Shown: piece after piece, positions 1 through 5,252 of the stretch
Layout of the letters: each line of letters begins with the position of its first letter
How positions within the stretch are numbered: the first letter of the stretch is position 1
Origin: Thecamonas trahens ATCC 50062
Taxonomy: Eukaryota > Protista > Apusomonadida
NCBI RefSeq assembly: GCF_000142905.1
Contig: NW_013657568.1
Span: 1 to 5,252 of the forward strand
Direction: 5' to 3'
Length of the DNA stretch: 5,252 bases
The notes under the pieces: generated by a model
Told to the model about the DNA's origin: nothing
What the model saw: the letters and a program-made list of their open reading frames with translations, nothing else
The model's database searches: none
Translations under genes and position numbers: made by a program

Positions 1-1
1 C

Positions 2-1195
2 GGTGGCGGCGGCGGTGGGCGCGGCGGTGTCTCGGGCAACGACCTCGCTGCCGCCGCTCACGCCCGAAGCGCCGGCCAAGGCACCAGAGGCCTGGCGGAA
101 TCGGCAGTGGGAGGGGCGAACAAGGACGAGGTGAAGGAGGAAGATGCAGACAAAGGCGAGGCCGAGACTGACGTCGCACCGCAGGCGTTGTGGGCGGCGC
201 CGGCCCAGCCGCCAGTTACGACGGCGTCGTTTGTGTCGGGCCTCGCGGAGAGTCCGTTTGCGGACGCGCCGGCTGACGGCGGGCCTGAGAGCGACGGAGA
301 CGAGGGCGGAGATGACGATGGCGAGGCTTCGGCGGCTTCGGCGGCTTCGGCGGCTTCGGCGGCTTCGGTGGCGTCGGCGGCGTCGGCGGCCTCAGAGGCG
401 TCGGACTCGGGCCGGCGGCGGAAGCGACGGAAGCGGCGCGGGCGCAAGGGCAAGGGCAAGGGCAAGTTGCGGGCAAAGCCCCGGTCAGGAGTGCCGGCAC
501 TAGAGCCGGCACGGCCCAGCACGGCCAACATTCGTGGGCCAGAAGGACGCGGGCTGGAGACAATTATTCGCCACCGGCCGGGCAGCAGTGTGGCCGAGGC
601 CGGGCCACGTGAAGGAAGCGCGGGAAGCGCGGGAAGCGTGGCAGTCGGCAGCGAAGCAGCTGGCGAGGGGAGCAACCAGTCTCGAACCGAGGTCAATCTG
701 CGGCGACAGGTCCGCGAGCTCACGCGCGAACTACAGAACGCGCACGCGCTGCATGACGAGACGCAAATGACCTACGAGGCCGAGCTGACACACAAGGACG
801 AGACGATTGCGCAGCTAAGAGCGGAGCTCCTGGAGCGCGACGCGACGATTTCAGGCCTCACGCAGGGCTTGTCGGAGCTGCGGGCGTCCCTGGATGCGGA
901 GCGAAGTGAGGCGCTGGCGGCCAAGGACGCGGTCATTGCCGACCGTGATGCCATCATCGCCGGCCTCACTGCCGGGCTTGCGGCGGTCAAGCAGTCGGCG
1001 TCGCCGCTGGAAGAGTCTAAGGCATCGCTCGAGGACGAGCTGGTTGAGCTGCGGACGCGGGTGGAAGAGTTGACGGCCGAGGCTGGGCGGCTGCGGAAGG
1101 AGAACATCACCGCCCGCGAGCGATGCGAACGGCTGCACGGTGGTGCGAGCATGGCCAGCGTCTCGGTCATCCGCAGCAGCAAGTCGCGGCGGTGA
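2..1195 (+). CDS. 5'-truncated hypothetical protein: acidic/Ala-Ser low-complexity region, basic patch, C-terminal coiled coil
   Basis: The frame of ORF 107..1195 has no stop back to position 2, so the GTG at 107 is not a real start. It ends at TGA 1193-1195. Third codon positions are mostly G/C. It contains RRRKRRKRRGRKGKGKGK (413-466, NLS-like) and a heptad-like, Leu/Glu/Ala-rich C-terminal region (LRRQVRELTRELQNAH...LEDELVELRTRVEELTAEAGRLRKEN). Confidence 0.8.
   Translation, partial: GGGGGGRGGVSGNDLAAAAHARSAGQGTRGLAESAVGGANKDEVKEEDADKGEAETDVAPQALWAAPAQPPVTTASFVSGLAESPFADAPADGGPESDGDEGGDDDGEASAASAASAASAASVASAASAASEASDSGRRRKRRKRRGRKGKGKGKLRAKPRSGVPALEPARPSTANIRGPEGRGLETIIRHRPGSSVAEAGPREGSAGSAGSVAVGSEAAGEGSNQSRTEVNLRRQVRELTRELQNAHALHDETQMTYEAELTHKDETIAQLRAELLERDATISGLTQGLSELRASLDAERSEALAAKDAVIADRDAIIAGLTAGLAAVKQSASPLEESKASLEDELVELRTRVEELTAEAGRLRKENITARERCERLHGGASMASVSVIRSSKSRR
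325..405 (+). repeat. 9-bp coding tandem repeat (GGCTTCGGC consensus, ~9 units) encoding Ala-Ser-Ala
   Basis: Four perfect units at 325-360, followed by the degenerate units GGCTTCGGT, GGCGTCGGC x2, GGCCTCAGA and GGCGTCGGA. Confidence 0.9.
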
Positions 1196-1215
1196 GGCTG
1201 TAGTACACGACTTAA

Positions 1216-1230
1216 CCCTGAACGGTACGG
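1216..1230 (+). repeat. Left terminal inverted repeat CCCTGAACGGTACGG
   Basis: Matches the reverse complement of 1858-1872 (CCCTTTACGGTACGG) at 13/15 positions and is preceded by TTAA. Confidence 0.88.
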
Positions 1231-1294
1231 TCGTTCGGACGCGTTGTCGCACGTCTCAAGGTGAACAACTCGATGATGCTCGACTTCTAGGTCA

Positions 1295-1560
1295 CCGGCC
1301 GACGGTGCGCGACGCCTGCTTGGCCTGCGGCATGAGGTGGGAGGCGCGCCCGCGCTTGATGGCGGCTGACACGTAGACGCCCGCCTGAAGGATGCCCGAC
1401 CTGGGAGCATGGGCGAGGCGCGCGAGGTGCCATACGGCGCCGATCCGGAGGAGCGGCGGGCGCGGACGGTGCGGAGCTTGTCGTTGACGACCCCGACGAC
1501 CGGGAAGGAGAGTATGACAGAGTTGAACACAGCGGCGGGACGGGAGAGCGCGAGGACGTC
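1295..1560 (-). pseudogene. Frameshifted coding-like fragment of unknown identity inside the transposon, antisense to the transposase remnant
   Basis: On the minus strand, 1560-1459 reads DVLALSRPAAVFNSVILSFPVVGVVNDKLRTVRA (30/34 codons end in G/C, mostly C). After a frame change near 1457 it reads PLLRIGAVWHLARLAHAPRSGILQAGVYVSAAIKRGRASHLMPQAKQASRTVGR* (32 of the last 34 codons end in G/C). I do not recognise the protein family. Confidence 0.5.
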
Positions 1561-1591
1561 TTGCGACGGACGAGCTTGCCAGTCGGCGTGG

Positions 1592-1763
1592 CTGCGCAAG
1601 TGGTGCCACGCCATCTTGTACTGGATTCTGGACGCCGCGCTCATCAACGCGTCCGCGCTCTACGCTGACGCGAGCCCACGCCCCGCCATGGCCGCCGTGC
1701 GACGCGACTGCCTCGCCTGCCATTTCTGCATCGCCGACTGTTTTCTGTTGTGGCAGCCATTAA
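1592..1763 (+). pseudogene. piggyBac transposase C-terminal remnant (end of the catalytic region plus a truncated Cys-rich domain)
   Basis: LRKWCHAILYWILDAALINASALY fits the piggyBac KW-x3-hh-x-hhD-h-x-h-xNA-x-hhY helix motif that follows the GGVD..D segment. RRDCLAC and HFCIADCFLLW fit the start and end of the piggyBac Cys-rich domain (RRxCxxC ... hCxxxCFxxaH). The catalytic DDD segments are absent. Confidence 0.82.
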
Positions 1764-1857
1764 CGCATTGTACTACTCTTTTACTGCGATTGATGGACGT
1801 TGCGACGTCTGTGGAGCGTCGCCGGAGCGCGGCTTGTGCGAAGGACAAGTTTGTCTT

Positions 1858-1872
1858 CCGTACCGTAAAGGG
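1858..1872 (-). repeat. Right terminal inverted repeat (+ strand CCGTACCGTAAAGGG)
   Basis: 13/15 inverted match to 1216-1230, followed by TTAA at 1873-1876. Confidence 0.88.
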
Positions 1873-2622
1873 TTAAAAGGCAAAGGCAGCATCCCGCGAG
1901 TAGGCCGGAAGCATGACGGTGGCGTGCGGCAGGTGCGGGACGATGTAGTCCTCCATCGCGCTGCAGCGGAGGCAGCCGCGCAGATCGAGAGTGCTGAGCT
2001 GGGGCCAGACCGGGAGCTGGGCATTCACGCGGGGCAGGATGACGCGAGAGACAAACTGGGACCAGAGAGTGGTGCCCCAGTCGACAGCAATCCTCACCTT
2101 GGTCAGCCTGGTGCAGGACTCGACAATGTCAGCCAGCACGTCCGGAGTCATGGGGCAGTCGATGACGGTGAGTGTGGTAAGGCGGGAGGCGGCGGCGACA
2201 CCAGCGAGGAACGATGCAGAGACCGGGGAGGCGGGACGGATGATGCAGAGCGTGGTGAGACATTGCATGCGATTGCACAGGAGCTCGATGTCATCAGAGC
2301 TGGGCGATGTGCCGGTCAGCGCGAGGTGGGCGAGGGTGCTGGGCCAGTTGGTCTCGCGGCTGTTCTGGAGTGCGATTGTGAGGTCGTTGGACGGGCCGGC
2401 GCCGTACTCGGGCGATGACGGTGGGGTGGGGCCGTTGTCAGGTGATGGCGGCGGGTCTGGGCCGTTGTCAGGCGATGGCGGCGGGTCGGAGCCCTCCATA
2501 GGCACCGGGTGCGGCATGTTGTAGAAGCCAGGCTCCGGCAGCCGGCCTCGGCCTGCCAGCTTACCGCGCTTGCCGCGCTTGCCGCCGATGAGCTTAATAG
2601 ACTTGTCAGAATCATCGTCGGT

Positions 2623-2690
<68 letters not shown>

Positions 2691-3570
2691 TGGACGACTC
2701 GGGCGGTAGAATGCCATGGATGGCCAGGCGCGCGACGTTGGCCACAACGGAACCAGAGAGCGAGAGCGACTCGAGGTGGGAGAGTTGGCGAGAGAGGTGG
2801 ACCATGAGAGACTCCCAATCTAGAGTCGCGCTCGCATCGCCCAGGTCGCCGATGACAAGCTTGCGCAGATTGACAGCGTTGGCAACGGGTAGCAGCATGT
2901 GGGGTTGGCAAGGGCTTGGCAGGAGCAGCTCACGGAGCGAGCCAGCCAGTGGCGTGGCGGCGTTCACCTCGCCCAGAAGGCGGGGAAACAGCCAGCCGCC
3001 GGGAGCGAGGGCAGGCAGTGCGAGCGATGTCAGCGTTGTGACGACTGAGAGAGGGGCAAGAACGTCGGCATCGGCGTGGGGCCAGGAGAGGGTGACCAGA
3101 TGCTTCAGGCTCGCGAGGCAGAGGCCAAACTCGGAGAGATAGTGGCGGGAGCGGACGGGGAGATACAGATGGGTGAGGAGAGGGCAGTCGCGGGCGAGGG
3201 CGAGAAAGGCCAGGTGCTCGCCAAGGCCGCGCATGCCTGCGATGTTGACGACCTTGATGTTGGGGCAGTGGGCGGCGACGAGAGCGACTCCATCGGCGGT
3301 GAAGTTTGGCCCGCGGTTGCGGGGCAGGACCGGGATGTCGAGGTACTGCAGATGCTGGCCGTGCTGCGGGAGGATGAGCTCCAGGATGCGGTCTGAGAGG
3401 AACCGCGAGTTGTTGTACTTGCGGACCGAGAGGACCGTCCAGAAGCACCGGTCGCCCAGCAGCCGCCTCCACTCGCGCGAGACGGTGGCGAGCCATCCAC
3501 GGTCTTCCCGTGGCACGTACGAGAGGATGCCGAGCTTCATGGCGTCGTCGAGCGAGTGCCAGCCGGCCAT
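1873..3570 (-). CDS. F-box/leucine-rich-repeat protein (FBXL-like SCF substrate adaptor), 565 aa
   Basis: ATG at 3570 lies in a gccATGG context. The N-terminus is an F-box (WHSLDDAMKLGILSYVPREDRGWLATVSREWRRLLGDRCFW), followed by AMN1/RNI-type LRRs (LQYLDI, VAAHCPNIKVVNIAG, LARDCPLLTHLYL, LESLSLSGS, IVESCTRLTKVRI, WPQLSTLDLRGC). The ORF is uninterrupted to TAA at 1875-1873. Confidence 0.9.
2401..2490 (-). repeat. 3 x 30-bp coding tandem repeat encoding SDPPPSPDNG / PDPPPSPDNG / PTPPSSPEYG
   Basis: Units 2431-2460 and 2461-2490 are nearly identical, and unit 2401-2430 is more diverged. Confidence 0.9.
2623..2688 (-). repeat. Perfect (GAC)22 trinucleotide microsatellite encoding poly-Asp
   Basis: 66 nt of uninterrupted GTC on the + strand, in frame within the F-box gene. 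Confidence 0.95.
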
Positions 3571-4118
3571 GGCTGTGCGACGTTCTAAGACGAATGTGCC
3601 CGTCACGCACTTGCGAGGCACGTGCGGAGCGTTGGGTGGTTTTTTCCATTTGTCCCGGCGGTGGCGTGAGTCGTTGTTGTGTAAAAATTGTTAGCGGGGG
3701 GCGTGCTGTCGACGGGGCACCAGAACACACGCACCTGTGGCCATGCCCTCCATCCCATAATCCCATCACATCACCCAGCATCCAATGATGCCTGCATGAC
3801 ACGCATGGAACGCGGAATGGATCTCTTGGCGCGTGTGTTCGCTGGCGCCAGCTAGAGGCATAGATGGATGCCGACAGGAGCGATGTGGACGGGTTTGACG
3901 AGTGATCGGCTGTTCTGCAGTTGAGCGAAAAGCAAAGATCGTGTTCCATGAGATGTCTGTTTCAAGACTTGGGCTTGCGGTATTATGGTAAGCTCTGGCG
4001 GAAAGGACTGGCATAGGAGGCATCATTCTTGTGCGGCTGGTACACGAACAGTGTGTAGCATGTACAGGGCACTGATTTTCTGATCGGGATGCGCTCGCCC
4101 AGCTCGTGTCACGGCAGA

Positions 4119-4129
4119 GGGGGGGGGGG
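4119..4129 (+). repeat. G11 homopolymer
   Basis: Eleven consecutive G bases in intergenic DNA. Confidence 0.9.
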
Positions 4130-4532
4130 CAATTTCGCGAGAGCGGCGTTGGTGCCAGCCCCACCACACCTGCCACCACCTAGATGACGACGACGTCGGC
4201 CGTTGTGCCGTACTGGCCGCTGCGGCTCGGTCTTGCCTCCATCCTACTGGTGGGCTGCTCGGGCTTGACGGGTTGAGCCGGTCGCCTGGGGTGGGTAACT
4301 GTGCCGATCAACGTGACATGGCAGCCAGAAATGGCAAGAGCGATAGAAGCGAGGACATCTCGAGCCGTTAGGCGAGTAGAGGCGGTGCAAGTCCACAGGC
4401 TGCCTGCGACACATTGCGCGGCGATTAGCACAGTACGGGAAAGATAATATTCAAGAGGTATCGCAGTACCCGCAGTCGCTGTTGGTACACTGTGTGCAGG
4501 AGAGGGAGCGCCCCGAGGCGGTGCAGGCGCCG

Positions 4533-5252
4533 GTGGTCGTTGCGCGAAAACAATTCTCGTCGTTGGGCCCGATCGCCGTGGGGGCGGCCTCGTCGCCTTT
4601 CTCTCGCGGCGCGAGGTGGAGGCAGTGTTCGAGGCTGGCAGACCGATGGCTCTCAGCGGGCACACGCGGGCGATGGCCAAGGTCTTGTTGTCTCATGTGG
4701 CGCTAATCTACGTGCGCATCGGCTGTGGGTCGCTGGAGGAGCTCCTCGCCGAGGCCTTTCTCGTCGATCGGTCGTCGCAGCGAGAGCAGAAGCGGGCTGA
4801 CCGGGCTCGACAACAAGAGCTCGGGCTCGGGCCTCGATCACGTGTGGGCGCTGAGCATCGGACTGACGCTGACGTGTGCGCTCGCCCAGGTCCACTCGAT
4901 CACGGGCGGCGGGCACGGCTCGCTCAAGCCATCCAACGTGGTGGTGGACACAAGAGCGGACGGATGGTCATCAAGAGCAACCAGGGGATGATGGCGGTGG
5001 TGCCATCGGTGGCATACATGGCGCCGGAGCAGCTGCGCGGAGCCGAAGAGGGTTTCGAGGGAGGCATCTTCACCTTTGGCACGCTCCTCTACGAGATGCT
5101 CATGCGGGCGCCGGCGTTTGATGGCAGCAACGCCATGGAGGTCGGCCGTCAGGTCCTCACCAGCAACGCTGCTAGTGCGATGGCGGGTGATTCATCAAGC
5201 GGTGTTGGTCGGTCGATCCGCTGGTGAGGCCCATGGCGCAGGAGGCTGCGGA
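4533..5252 (+). pseudogene. Frameshifted protein kinase pseudogene (TKL-like), running off the window end
   Basis: Kinase subdomains appear in order but across different frames: weak II VVVARKQF (4533), weak III REVE (4610), V LIYVRIGCGSLEELL (~4703-4747), VIa/VIb ALAQVHS..HGSLKPSNVVVD (His at 4914), VIII YMAPEQL (5015), IX GIFTFGTLLYEM, X AFDGSNAMEVGRQV, XI FIKRCWSVDPLVRPMAQE (from 5191). At least three frame switches are needed, and DFG is missing. The 5' boundary is uncertain. Confidence 0.85.

Larger units (their letters stand above)
1212..1876 (+). mobile_element. Non-autonomous, internally deleted piggyBac-superfamily DNA transposon (element 1216-1872, 657 bp, plus TTAA TSDs)
   Basis: TTAA at 1212-1215 and 1873-1876 directly flanks inverted termini that begin with CCC and end with GGG. 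The interior encodes piggyBac transposase C-terminal motifs. TTAA TSDs with CCC...GGG termini are established piggyBac hallmarks. Confidence 0.9.

Noticed and set aside
58-1252. Overlapping ORFs 58..723(-), 144..503(+), 216..563(-), 534..770(+), 851..1252(-) and the 772-1195 part of 772..1647(-)
   Set aside because: These are shadow or alternative frames of gene 1. They are Arg/Ser/Pro-rich products of stop-poor GC-rich DNA and repeats.
1760-1763. Internal TTAA (also at 2594-2597) as an alternative element end
   Set aside because: No CCC/GGG terminal repeat is adjacent. The 1760 site is better explained as the old transposase stop.
1409-1876. 155-aa ORF as a functional transposase
   Set aside because: It is far too short and lacks the DDD catalytic segments. 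Its N-terminal third does not resemble transposase, and its tail is read-through UTR/TIR.
2401-2490. 30-bp repeats as a CRISPR array
   Set aside because: The repeats are head-to-tail with no unique spacers, lie in frame within a eukaryotic CDS, and no cas genes are present.
3571-3621. GTG start at 3621 for the F-box gene, and a possible 38-nt GTGCGT...CACAG intron (3610-3573)
   Set aside because: The context is eukaryotic, and the ATG at 3570 has a good Kozak context and directly precedes the F-box. Splicing the putative intron would not bring the upstream ATG into frame.
3751-3783. CATCCC/ATCCC-like degenerate repeats as telomeric sequence
   Set aside because: The repeats are irregular and short, and do not match a constant telomere unit.
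1750-3949. ORFs 1750..2418(+), 1991..2524(+), 2316..2747(-), 2570..3142(+), 2930..3949(-), 3173..3694(+) and similar
   Set aside because: These are antisense or off-frame shadows of the F-box/LRR gene. Their poly-S/T/V/R runs are the (GAC)n tract read in other frames.
4616-5227. 203-aa ORF as an intact kinase gene
   Set aside because: Subdomains VIa/VIb and XI lie in other frames, and there is no DFG and no credible start.

Overview
GC-rich, compact eukaryotic (protist-like, by inference) DNA with no clear introns in the intact genes. A 5'-truncated + strand gene for a low-complexity/coiled-coil protein (<2-1195) converges on a - strand F-box/leucine-rich-repeat gene (3570-1873) that carries a (GAC)22 poly-Asp tract and a 3x30-bp Pro-rich repeat. 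Between them lies a 657-bp non-autonomous piggyBac-type element (1216-1872) with TTAA target-site duplications, 15-bp imperfect CCC-starting TIRs and a collapsed C-terminal transposase remnant. Its right TTAA contains the F-box gene's stop codon. Its left half holds an oppositely oriented coding-like fragment that I do not recognise as transposase (possible cargo). A CpG-poor intergenic stretch (~3620-4480) follows, then a multiply frameshifted protein-kinase pseudogene (~4533 to window end). All family assignments come from motifs recognised by eye, and no searches were run.
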